A DNA stretch of 22,150 nt. Origin: a virus (Duplodnaviria; Heunggongvirae; Uroviricota; Caudoviricetes). Made by a program: the position numbers and the translations under genes. Numbering within the stretch: position 1 is the stretch's first letter; each line of letters opens with the position of its first letter. The stretch is taken from IMG/VR virus record IMGVR_UViG_2617270955_000009; one strand, written 5' to 3'. Under the pieces are notes generated by a model. The model ran no database searches. It was not told the origin of the DNA and was given only the letters and a program-made list of their open reading frames with translations. Shown here piece after piece: positions 8,461-16,426 of this stretch.

Positions 8461-8646
8461 GTTATGCACTCTTTATTTAAACTTATCAACAATATGTAAC
8501 TATCAATTAATAACCGTTTACTCTTTTCAAATAATAAAATTATAATCATCAAAAAAATCGACATTATAATTAGACAACATTTTTAACACTAAGTGATACC
8601 TGACTCATGTCTCCAGACCCTAAAACCGCTTGCATAATTTAGAATG

Positions 8647-8675
8647 ATAATACTACCTTATAGTAGGCTTGTGAA
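8647..8675 (-). promoter_or_regulatory. Candidate sigma70-type promoter for the cargo operon (TTCACA-17 bp-TATTAT)
   Basis: Read from the minus strand of the AT-rich intergenic region; reasonable -35/-10 spacing but one of several possible matches in AT-rich DNA, with a long (about 180 nt) leader. Confidence 0.2.
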
Positions 8676-8864
8676 CTTATATAGCCTGAGTCAAGTAATT
8701 AATAAATCACTTATTTCGTTTTTTTTGCATTTGGTCGCTGTGATTTTTTCATAAACAAACTTACAATGATGTCAGCAATGTCTGCTCTTGGCACAGAGCG
8801 GACTGTCAGATTAGTTTTTACTCTGTGCCATAGATGTATAAACTCACATCAGAGCTTATACAAT

Positions 8865-9443
8865 TTATTGTGGCATTTCAGGCCATTCTATATCCGGAGC
8901 ATCTTCCGGCTGAATGCGATTCAGTAGCACACGGTATTTTTTCCAGTGTGTCAGGCTTAACTTTTCTTCCTCAGTTGCCATATCCAAATCGACAGCATCC
9001 TGCAGCGTGGCAATGATTTCACCTGCATATGCAATCTGCTCTTTCTTCTGAGACTCAGCCGCTCTGACAAGTGCATCACGCTCTGCATTCTCATCATTCA
9101 CCCACGCATTTCCGTTCCATTTCTGATAATCCCCCTCCGGGGAAATGGCTGTCACGTCTGGAGATAATGCGCCAAGTTCAGAAATATAAATGGCTGCTCC
9201 CGTTTTCGTTTCGTATACGGTCTTTCCGCGATGGTCTTCCATCAACTCCCATTTCATTTCATCTGCATTGAAAACGGCTGCATAACCAGCCGGTATATCA
9301 GGCGGCGCAATATCTGTACTGTTTGCAGGCAAACCTGTATACGGAGGAATATATGCATCACTTTCGCCAATAAATTCATTGGTTCCATCAAGTAAATTGA
9401 AAACGCGGATAGTTTGTGCTTCTGCACTCATTCTGAAAGCCAT
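8865..9443 (-). CDS. G: Tail fibre assembly protein (Tfa / gpG-like chaperone), 192 aa
   Basis: 192-aa ORF immediately 3' of tail fibre H with a Tfa-typical conserved C-terminus ([29 protein letters not shown]). Confidence 0.85.
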   Translation of the reverse strand: MAFRMSAEAQTIRVFNLLDGTNEFIGESDAYIPPYTGLPANSTDIAPPDIPAGYAAVFNADEMKWELMEDHRGKTVYETKTGAAIYISELGALSPDVTAISPEGDYQKWNGNAWVNDENAERDALVRAAESQKKEQIAYAGEIIATLQDAVDLDMATEEEKLSLTHWKKYRVLLNRIQPEDAPDIEWPEMPQ

Positions 9444-12061
9444 TATGCAAGCCTCACAATATAGTTAAATGCGATGTTTTTGACGGTGTTTTCGGTATTA
9501 CCTGTAGCATTAACGGTAATAGAGTGCCCGTGTGAGCCAATAGCAACCGTGTGTGAATGTGCACCAATACCAACCGTATGATTATGTGCGCCAATATCTA
9601 CCGTGTGGGCATGATTCCCGGCAGCTCCTGATGTGCCATTAAACGATGGGTTGTCAAAGCCTGTTTTACCGGTTTCACCATTAGTATTGGCATTCCCTCT
9701 GTAAATGGTATGTGTATGGTTACCAGTGGTATTAGTGGTTTTTGTTCCGTAGTTAAACGTACTGACTGTCTTCGTCCCGTAATCAAATGAACTGGTCGTT
9801 TTCGTCCCTAAATCCGTATTTGACGCACTGGCACTGTGAGTATGCGATTTAATCCCGTCCTGTTCCTGTGACAATACGGCACGCCCACTGGCGGGTTTGC
9901 CCTTGATTGTCCAGCCGCGCATATCTGGAATAACACCAGAAGGATAGACAATAGCCAGTTTCGGATATGCAGCCTTATCAAACGTCTGCCCCTGCATAAT
10001 TGCATAGCCTGCAGGTGGTGTATCTGATGGCCACGGCAGCGGAACACCAGGCGGAAACGCTTCAATATCTTTCGTCCCGTCAAAGGTTACGCCGTTAATT
10101 GTCCTTGCCGTTTTCAGCTTTGTTGCTGTAGCAGCATTGCCGGACAGTTCGCCTGAAAGACCGGCGCTGAAGGTTTGTTTCGCCGCCCATGTCTGGGCTT
10201 CGTCAATAATTGGCACACGTCTTGTGGTGATCGTGCGACTTCCCGGATTTCCTGAAATACGCACCATAAAAAAGCGGTAGTTCGCTTTACTTACAGTGCT
10301 GCGCCATACATGCATTGAGCGCCCCGCACCGGAATCATCACTCGGACCAACTGAGATGTTTATCAGGTTGCCATCAATGACGCCCCAGTCCATACCTTCG
10401 GGAATGTTGGTCATGTTATCAAGCCGAACGGTTATCAGACTGCCCGGCACAAAGTCGTAGGTCTGCCAGTCCAGGCTGGAGAGTTTTGCCACTGCACCGC
10501 CGATACCCAGATTCAGGGGAAGTGAATACGAGGTGTAGACTTCACGCCATTCGCTCCACGAGCTGCCGGTATAGACGCGCTCAAACGTGCGACCTTTAAG
10601 GGTTGCACCTGTTCCGGCAGTTGTATAACGCTGCCATACGTTAACACCATCAAAGCGCCTCAACACTTCCAGAATCCCGAGGACTGTCACGCCGTTTCCG
10701 TCCAGTATTGGACCGTTGGTCGCTTTACCTGTAACGCTGTAAATACCTGGTGAAGTCACCTCATTCAAATCCCCGTCGTAATAACGACTCTCTGACTGAT
10801 GACCGACTCTTAACCACGGTTCCCACTGTGGATTTGATGCATCCCAGCTTGCCGCAAGGCAGCGGACATACATATTTCCACGGCGAGTGGTATAACGTTG
10901 CGTTCTTCCATAATTCCCGCCTTCGAGGATCTCAAGCATCCCCTGAGCAAAGCCGCCTTCCTCTGGATAATTGCGTTCATATGAAGCTATAGCCGAGCTA
11001 CTGTTACGCCATAAACCAAGATGCTCGGCGGCTCCAAGCGTATTCAGGTCTATAGTCGTACTCAAAGGGCGGGTAGCAGATTGAGTGTGACGCCATACGC
11101 CCCACGGACCATCAGTGCCATTCCACTTATTGGCGAGTTTACGCATGTAAACATTGCCGTCTCTCGTGGTAAAGCGTTGCGTACCTGCAAAATTGCCGGC
11201 AGCAAAAACCTCAAGCACACCGACAGCATTATCTTCCGGGAAATTTTTCTCCAGTGTTGAGTTAGTTGAGGTAGCTTTAGACCAGATCCCCAGATAAGCC
11301 TTAACGGGACCAAATGTATTCAGGTCGGCATCAACCGGCATTTCGCCATTGTTTTTCATAAACGTCAGACTGGTAACGCCAACATTGTCCAGAAAAGCTG
11401 ATTTATCCTGGATATCTGCACCATTCTGATTTTTCGCCAGACGTGAATTTGCGTTGTCATTTGCTGCCTTGACCGCTTTTGGCGTTGCCGCCAATGACTC
11501 ACTGGTGCTGTTTGTTGCACTGCTTAACTGAGTAAAACCTTTTTCTGTCAGCGTGGCGTCAGGATGGCGGCGGGACTGCTCATGTTCTGCGATTTTGTCA
11601 TCGACGTAATCCTGCGTCGCCATCACTGTGCTGGCATCAATACTCAGCTCAACGGACGCCACGTTACTGACAATAATAACCATGCGGCAGGTCTGCGCAC
11701 GCCCGGAGCCTTCAGCGAGTTCAGGCTTATAGCTTTCTGCCATGTTGGCGACCGCAATCAGTGTTCCGGCATCGTCATACAGACCAAGCTCACGCATCCA
11801 GAAGCCGCCCACTTCGGGCGGTACAACCAGTTCAGCCACGATATAGTTTTTATTCTTATTATCCACGCTGACTTTATTCAGAGCGTGACGCCAGACCTCA
11901 TGCACCAGTTTCGTCTGACCGGCATCCGGCACCGGCAATTTGCCATTACCGTCACCCACGGCCATTGCAGACAGGTTTACTTTTTTCCCGCCGGGGACAG
12001 TGGCGGCTGCCAGCTTCGCGGCTCCGGCAGTAGTGATAACGGTTTTAAATTTCGTGCTCAT
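9443..12061 (-). CDS. H: Tail fibre protein H, 872 aa (longer than the 669 aa of P2)
   Basis: N-terminus ([21 protein letters not shown]...) is P2 gpH-like; the central part has three ~70-aa internal repeats; the C-terminus has His-x-His repeats ([36 protein letters not shown]). Confidence 0.88.
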   Translation of the reverse strand: MSTKFKTVITTAGAAKLAAATVPGGKKVNLSAMAVGDGNGKLPVPDAGQTKLVHEVWRHALNKVSVDNKNKNYIVAELVVPPEVGGFWMRELGLYDDAGTLIAVANMAESYKPELAEGSGRAQTCRMVIIVSNVASVELSIDASTVMATQDYVDDKIAEHEQSRRHPDATLTEKGFTQLSSATNSTSESLAATPKAVKAANDNANSRLAKNQNGADIQDKSAFLDNVGVTSLTFMKNNGEMPVDADLNTFGPVKAYLGIWSKATSTNSTLEKNFPEDNAVGVLEVFAAGNFAGTQRFTTRDGNVYMRKLANKWNGTDGPWGVWRHTQSATRPLSTTIDLNTLGAAEHLGLWRNSSSAIASYERNYPEEGGFAQGMLEILEGGNYGRTQRYTTRRGNMYVRCLAASWDASNPQWEPWLRVGHQSESRYYDGDLNEVTSPGIYSVTGKATNGPILDGNGVTVLGILEVLRRFDGVNVWQRYTTAGTGATLKGRTFERVYTGSSWSEWREVYTSYSLPLNLGIGGAVAKLSSLDWQTYDFVPGSLITVRLDNMTNIPEGMDWGVIDGNLINISVGPSDDSGAGRSMHVWRSTVSKANYRFFMVRISGNPGSRTITTRRVPIIDEAQTWAAKQTFSAGLSGELSGNAATATKLKTARTINGVTFDGTKDIEAFPPGVPLPWPSDTPPAGYAIMQGQTFDKAAYPKLAIVYPSGVIPDMRGWTIKGKPASGRAVLSQEQDGIKSHTHSASASNTDLGTKTTSSFDYGTKTVSTFNYGTKTTNTTGNHTHTIYRGNANTNGETGKTGFDNPSFNGTSGAAGNHAHTVDIGAHNHTVGIGAHSHTVAIGSHGHSITVNATGNTENTVKNIAFNYIVRLA
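9515..9630. repeat. Tandem ~27-bp repeats within the 3' end of H, encoding the histidine-rich (HxH) repeat
   Basis: Plus-strand units resembling caaccgtgtgtgaatgtgcaccaatac / caaccgtatgattatgtgcgccaatat / ctaccgtgtgggcatgattcccggc; the period of 27 nt equals the 9-aa protein repeat. Confidence 0.6.
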
Positions 12062-12071
12062 TGTTTCTCAC

Positions 12072-12602
12072 TTATCCGGGATAAACAGTAATAACATCAC
12101 CATCACAGACCACACCGCCTGTATACAGATAGCCGGGAATGTCCTGGATAATGTTCAGGCCGATAAGGTGGCGACTTGCGGGTTTGGCATCGGCAATCAG
12201 CCGTTCCATTTCCAGATACATTTCCTCTGTGATACCGCTTTCCAGCACACCGATATCAAGACGAAAGGTTCCGGCCGGGTCGTTTGTCTCCCACCATTCC
12301 TTTACGTTAATGAGATAGCCGAGCGGCTCCACCACACGCCGGATTGCGCCGACAGTGCCTTTATGACAGTGGATGAAATAGGCATCGCGGATAACGGCGC
12401 GTTTTGTCGCTTCCGGCCACTTTTCATCCCACCTGTCGACCGAAAACGCCCACGCCAGCCACGGCAGCAGATTTGCCGGGCAGGTGTCCGGGTTCCACAG
12501 CTCACGAATACTGACCGGCGTTTTTTCAATTTCCGCACAGGCTTTTGCGGCGGCGACCTCAAGCGGTGATGAGCCGGTCGGCAGCAGGCGCGAATCACTC
12601 AT
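12072..12602 (-). CDS. I: Baseplate/tail protein I, 176 aa
   Basis: 176-aa ORF between J and H; length and synteny match P2 gpI. Confidence 0.85.
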   Translation of the reverse strand: MSDSRLLPTGSSPLEVAAAKACAEIEKTPVSIRELWNPDTCPANLLPWLAWAFSVDRWDEKWPEATKRAVIRDAYFIHCHKGTVGAIRRVVEPLGYLINVKEWWETNDPAGTFRLDIGVLESGITEEMYLEMERLIADAKPASRHLIGLNIIQDIPGYLYTGGVVCDGDVITVYPG

Positions 12603-13503
12603 CCGAGCCTCCGGTCACGACGCGGTATTCGGTACAGAAAGACGCCTGCGTATTGTTGAGCACGATGTCGGCCAGCGGTGCAGCCAGTTCGACACGCTGC
12701 ACGCCTTCCACATGCAAAGCGGCATAAATGGCAGACAGACGGATGTCGCGCCCCAGCCGGTGCTGTGCCGTGATGTACGCTTCCAGCTTTTTCACGGCGG
12801 CGGCGCGGATGGGTTCGCTTTCGGGACCAGGGTAAAGGTAAAGCGTGGCGTTTATCTGGTATTCAACGATGGCGGCAGACTGCACGGTCACGCGGTCGGC
12901 CACCGGCCTGACGTCCTCGCCATTAAGGGCGTTACGCACCACCGCCAGCAGGTCTTCGGATGCGACACCGTTATTTTCACGTGACAGCACAGAGATGGTG
13001 ACGCAGGCCGGAGAAGGACTGGTGACAGAGATATCCGCGACACGCCCGTCGGCACTTCGACCATGATACTGATAGGCCCCCACCGACCCGGCGACGCTTA
13101 AACCTTCAAACGCCTGCTGAATACGCAGACGATAATCGGTGTCAGATTCCATCACGGCCGGTGTCGGCGGGATAGTCGAATCATCTGCCGGGGTGATAAT
13201 CAGGCGCGTGGTGTTGTAATTGGCACCAATCACATCAAGGTCATTACCGGCAGCACAGGCCAGCATTACCGCCCGTGCGGCCTCATTCACACGCTGACGC
13301 CAGATAAGCTCACGATAAGCATTTTCCTCCAGCAGTTTGACGAGAGGCTCAGATTCCAGCGTCAGGGTACGGGCGACCGCCTCCTGCTGGTCTTCCGGGT
13401 AAAGGGAAATCAGTGTCGCCTTGCGTTCGGCAAGAATGGTTTCAAAGTCCAGCTCCTCGACCACATCCGGTGCGGGTAGCTGGTTCAGGTCGATAATCGG
13501 CAT
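12595..13503 (-). CDS. J: Baseplate assembly protein J, 302 aa
   Basis: 302-aa ORF; length and synteny match P2 gpJ; overlaps the I start by 8 nt. Confidence 0.88.
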   Translation of the reverse strand: MPIIDLNQLPAPDVVEELDFETILAERKATLISLYPEDQQEAVARTLTLESEPLVKLLEENAYRELIWRQRVNEAARAVMLACAAGNDLDVIGANYNTTRLIITPADDSTIPPTPAVMESDTDYRLRIQQAFEGLSVAGSVGAYQYHGRSADGRVADISVTSPSPACVTISVLSRENNGVASEDLLAVVRNALNGEDVRPVADRVTVQSAAIVEYQINATLYLYPGPESEPIRAAAVKKLEAYITAQHRLGRDIRLSAIYAALHVEGVQRVELAAPLADIVLNNTQASFCTEYRVVTGGSDE

Positions 13504-13507
13504 GGTT

Positions 13508-13855
13508 TCAACTCACAGGGATGGTTAACGAAAGTGGCTGGCCGGTGTCGTTGTGCTGGCCGGTTAACGTGACCGTCATTCGCCCGTCAAAACTGCGCTC
13601 AGTGGTGACGGATGACAGGGTGACGCGGGGTTCCCATTTCAGCACCGCCATGTAACAGGCGACCTTAATCTGCAACTCAAGCGCCGGGGTCTGCGGCTGG
13701 TCAATCATTGATGCCAGCAACGAGCCGTAATCACGACGCATCACCCGTGAGCCGACCGGTGTGCGCAGGATATCGCCGATACTCTGGCTGATATGCTCAA
13801 GGTCAGTGACCGTCAGGCCATCACTGCGATTCATTCCGAGATAACGCGCAGTCAT
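13508..13855 (-). CDS. W: Baseplate protein W, 115 aa
   Basis: 115-aa ORF between V and J; matches P2 gpW size; ATGA overlap with V. Confidence 0.85.
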   Translation of the reverse strand: MTARYLGMNRSDGLTVTDLEHISQSIGDILRTPVGSRVMRRDYGSLLASMIDQPQTPALELQIKVACYMAVLKWEPRVTLSSVTTERSFDGRMTVTLTGQHNDTGQPLSLTIPVS

Positions 13856-14487
13856 AGAGGTCCCCCTGTTGTGCCGCCACTGTCGCCGGGGTGTTTATGG
13901 GTATGCAGTACCTTACCGTTTGATGAGAGTTCACCGCCGGTGTGTTCAATGTTGCCGCGCATCGTCCCGCCCTTCTGTACTTCCAGCGTGCCGGTAATCA
14001 GCCTGTTGGTGCAGACCACCTCCGGCGTGTCCAGGGTGACACGGGTTGACGCTTTCACCGTGACCACCGGTACCGTGGCAGTAACAGAATCAGAAGCCGT
14101 CACGCTGGCCGTTTTAATTCCGCTTACCGTGAGTGCACTGGTTTCGGGTTCATACTCAATCACCGCCCCGTCAGAGAAACGGATATGCAGGGCATCAGCC
14201 GACGCAGACGGCGCAGGGTTATCGCCGGAATAAATCCCCGGCAGAACGAACGCCGTGTCGAGTTCACCGCCCACGGCCAGAATCAGCACCTGTTCCCCCA
14301 CGGAAGGTGCCCACCATGTGCGCGAACGACCGGCGCGCTGGGTCAGCCACTGCAGCCAGTCGGTGCACATGCCGCCGGTCTGCACACGGCAGCGACCGGC
14401 GTTAAGGTCGGTTTCGACGACAAGGCCGGTGCGGATCATGTTGCGCAGTGCGCGCGCGAGTTCCTGAATATTTGCGAGAGTGTTCAT
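13852..14487 (-). CDS. V: Baseplate spike/hub protein V, 211 aa
   Basis: 211-aa ORF; length and synteny match P2 gpV. Confidence 0.88.
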   Translation of the reverse strand: MNTLANIQELARALRNMIRTGLVVETDLNAGRCRVQTGGMCTDWLQWLTQRAGRSRTWWAPSVGEQVLILAVGGELDTAFVLPGIYSGDNPAPSASADALHIRFSDGAVIEYEPETSALTVSGIKTASVTASDSVTATVPVVTVKASTRVTLDTPEVVCTNRLITGTLEVQKGGTMRGNIEHTGGELSSNGKVLHTHKHPGDSGGTTGGPL

Positions 14488-14553
14488 AACGGGAAGGATG
14501 CCGCCGGGTCATACCGGCGGCAATGTGACGATGAGGTGTCGGGAATGGCACAA
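14488..14553 (-). promoter_or_regulatory. Expected Ogr-dependent late promoter for the V-W-J-I-H-G operon (P_V equivalent)
   Basis: 66-bp S-V intergenic gap. Minus strand reads TTGTGCCATTCCCGACACC ... TATGAC about 25 nt before the V ATG. A TGT...ACA dyad is present but with 10 nt rather than 12 nt spacing, so the assignment is tentative. Confidence 0.3.
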
Positions 14554-15006
14554 CTAACGGTCGAGGTGCGCCAGGATAATCTCTTCAATCATCTGCACAT
14601 CCTCACCGGTAAAGCCGAGCAGAGGACGCGCCGGATAATCAATTTTCTTACCGTCTTTCCGGGTTTCTTCCGACAGACCGAACTGATGCACACTGGCGAT
14701 TTTCGGCGACTTCCCGCCGTAAAATTCCATTGATGCCTGCTCCGGGCTGGCGCGGATATGCAAAAAACGACTGGTGATAAGTTTCGCAAACATTTTTCGC
14801 TTAACGCGACCGGTCTTTTTTCTGGCGCTCTGCTGCTGGCGTGGCGCATAGGGTGTGCCGTCCGGGGCTTTCTGTGTCATCACCCGACGCTGCTGACTCT
14901 GCCGCAGGCGTTTCGCCAGTTCGGCACTCAGTCGCCGACGCCCTGACGGTGACAGCGACTCAATAAGTCCGGTCAGCCGGTCTTCAAAACGCTTAAACTC
15001 ATTCAT
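14554..15006 (-). CDS. S: Tail completion protein S, 150 aa
   Basis: 150-aa ORF; length and synteny match P2 gpS; overlaps the R stop by 8 nt. Confidence 0.85.
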   Translation of the reverse strand: MNEFKRFEDRLTGLIESLSPSGRRRLSAELAKRLRQSQQRRVMTQKAPDGTPYAPRQQQSARKKTGRVKRKMFAKLITSRFLHIRASPEQASMEFYGGKSPKIASVHQFGLSEETRKDGKKIDYPARPLLGFTGEDVQMIEEIILAHLDR

Positions 15007-15466
15007 CCCACTTGCTCACCAGTTCGCCATTGATATACAGCTCCATCGGGCGGGTAACCGGCTCCGGCGGCGGAGGTTCCGGGATATTCTTCACATGCAG
15101 CGCGCCGTCCACCTCACTGACCAGCGTGCGCTCGGTCAGCATCAGGCTGATGCTGATATCAAAGCTGCTGTCATTGTTGATGTCTGCATAAAACGTGAAG
15201 CCCTTTTTCTGGCCTGCGTCGGTGGTCATGATGTCGGGCTGATTTTCCCGCAGCCACGCCAGCACCGGCACGATGAGCAGGTCAAAATCACCGGTAAAGT
15301 CGGTCACAATGACATTGAGCGTGTAACGCTTTTCGAATGACAACGACGCCGCCAGTGTGGAGGCAATACTCCCGTTATCCACGAATATCCGCAGCATCTC
15401 GGGACTGGTTTTCAGCACCGTGACGGCATCAGTCAGCGCCCTGCGCAGGCTGTCGGGTTTGAGCAT
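14999..15466 (-). CDS. R: Tail completion protein R, 155 aa
   Basis: 155-aa ORF; length and synteny match P2 gpR. Confidence 0.85.
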   Translation of the reverse strand: MLKPDSLRRALTDAVTVLKTSPEMLRIFVDNGSIASTLAASLSFEKRYTLNVIVTDFTGDFDLLIVPVLAWLRENQPDIMTTDAGQKKGFTFYADINNDSSFDISISLMLTERTLVSEVDGALHVKNIPEPPPPEPVTRPMELYINGELVSKWDE

Positions 15467-15719
15467 CGTTTTCGTCCTGACAGTGTTTAATCATTTTTAC
15501 CTGGCTGGCACAGCGTGCCAGCGCGTTCTCAAGCTGCCGGATATCGGCACTTAAATCACCGTTCGTCTCCGGGTCACTGCCCGGCATCGGGCAAAGGCTC
15601 ACTTTCGGGCAGGCGTTGTGGACAATCACTGGCGTCGGTGCAGGCCGGGCGCTGGTGCAACCGGCGCACAGCATCAGGCAGGCCAGCGCCGTACCAGCGG
15701 CGAAAATCTTCGTTTTCAT
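15429..15719 (-). CDS. lysC: LysC, outer-membrane lipoprotein spanin (Rz1-like, o-spanin), 96 aa
   Basis: Signal peptide with lipobox (LMLCAGC), Pro-rich mature region; lies out of frame across the 3' end of lysB and extends into the 5' end of R, the classic overlapped-spanin arrangement. Confidence 0.8.
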   Translation of the reverse strand: MKTKIFAAGTALACLMLCAGCTSARPAPTPVIVHNACPKVSLCPMPGSDPETNGDLSADIRQLENALARCASQVKMIKHCQDENDAQTRQPAQGAD

Positions 15720-15999
15720 TCAGTAACCTCGTGATGGTTTTCTCGCGCTGTGCTTCACGCTTCGCGGCGTTCTCCAGCTCCTGACGCAGTGCCACCTGCG
15801 CCAGCTCGTTTTTGTCTGCTCTGGTGAGGGCAACATGAAGCTGATTTTTCAGCATGGTGATGGTCGTTTGCTGCCCGTTGGCGACGTTGTTCGCCCTGTC
15901 CAGCGAGGCGCGCAGGCTGGCGTTTTCATGCTTCGCCAGAAACAGCCCCGCCACCGCCAGCGATAACAACACGACCAGCACAATCATCAGCTTTGACAT
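15574..15999 (-). CDS. lysB: LysB, inner-membrane spanin (Rz-like, i-spanin), 141 aa
   Basis: N-terminal TM segment (LMIVLVVLLSLAVAGLFLA) followed by a coiled-coil periplasmic domain; matches P2 LysB size. Confidence 0.82.
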   Translation of the reverse strand: MSKLMIVLVVLLSLAVAGLFLAKHENASLRASLDRANNVANGQQTTITMLKNQLHVALTRADKNELAQVALRQELENAAKREAQREKTITRLLNENEDFRRWYGAGLPDAVRRLHQRPACTDASDCPQRLPESEPLPDAGQ

Positions 16000-16412
16000 A
16001 ATTCCCGCCCCTCAAGACGCTGACGACAGGCTTTACGTATCAGCCGGAAAAACAGCGACGCCACAAGATAAATCAGCGCGGTAAAAATCCACCCGGCAGC
16101 GACCAGCGAGATAAACGTCGCCACCATCACCACCAGACCCACCGCCCGTCTGCACCACGTCACCGGCTGCAAAAACAGCGACGTGACAATCTTCACGGCC
16201 AGCGATTCCGGCGGCAGCTCCCGCCCGTAGCGTTCCAGTACATACTCAGTGGCATACACGCCGATACCACCGGCAACCACACAGATAACCGTCTCCAGAA
16301 TCGCCCAGGCGGCGACAAAATTGACGGCCACGCTCTGCGGGTAAATCAGGGACAATGCCAGCATCAGCGCCAGCGACACGTTCAGCATCAGTGAAAGGGA
16401 TAATTTCTTCAT
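15987..16412 (-). CDS. lysA: LysA, membrane protein affecting lysis timing (antiholin-like), 141 aa
   Basis: Multi-TM 141-aa ORF between K and lysB; matches P2 LysA size and position. Confidence 0.8.
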   Translation of the reverse strand: MKKLSLSLMLNVSLALMLALSLIYPQSVAVNFVAAWAILETVICVVAGGIGVYATEYVLERYGRELPPESLAVKIVTSLFLQPVTWCRRAVGLVVMVATFISLVAAGWIFTALIYLVASLFFRLIRKACRQRLEGRELCQS

Positions 16413-16426
16413 GGTGTTTACTCCGT

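Noticed and set aside
8790-8830. GGCACAGAG ... CTCTGTGCC inverted repeat 3' of gene G as a terminator
   Set aside because: The 9-bp stem encloses a 22-nt loop and is not followed by a U-tract on the minus strand, so it is weak as an intrinsic terminator; it might still be a recombination or protein-binding site, but there is no support from sequence alone.
8470-8864. Possible invertible tail-fibre segment or second tfa in opposite orientation downstream of G
   Set aside because: No open frame resembling a Tfa or fibre C-terminus on either strand and no invertase gene nearby; the region is AT-rich non-coding leader of the cargo operon.
8834-9016. 60-aa plus-strand ORF overlapping the 3' end of the Tfa gene
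   Set aside because: Antisense to the conserved Tfa C-terminus; no start context.
9598-10083. Minus-strand ORFs 9598..9786 and 9808..10083 nested in H
   Set aside because: Out-of-frame ORFs inside the tail fibre gene, Arg-rich with no motifs.
11564-12984. Plus-strand ORFs 11564..12091, 11940..12569, 12484..12984 overlapping H, I and J
   Set aside because: Antisense to the collinear P2 tail genes; no motifs; consistent with GC-driven open frames.
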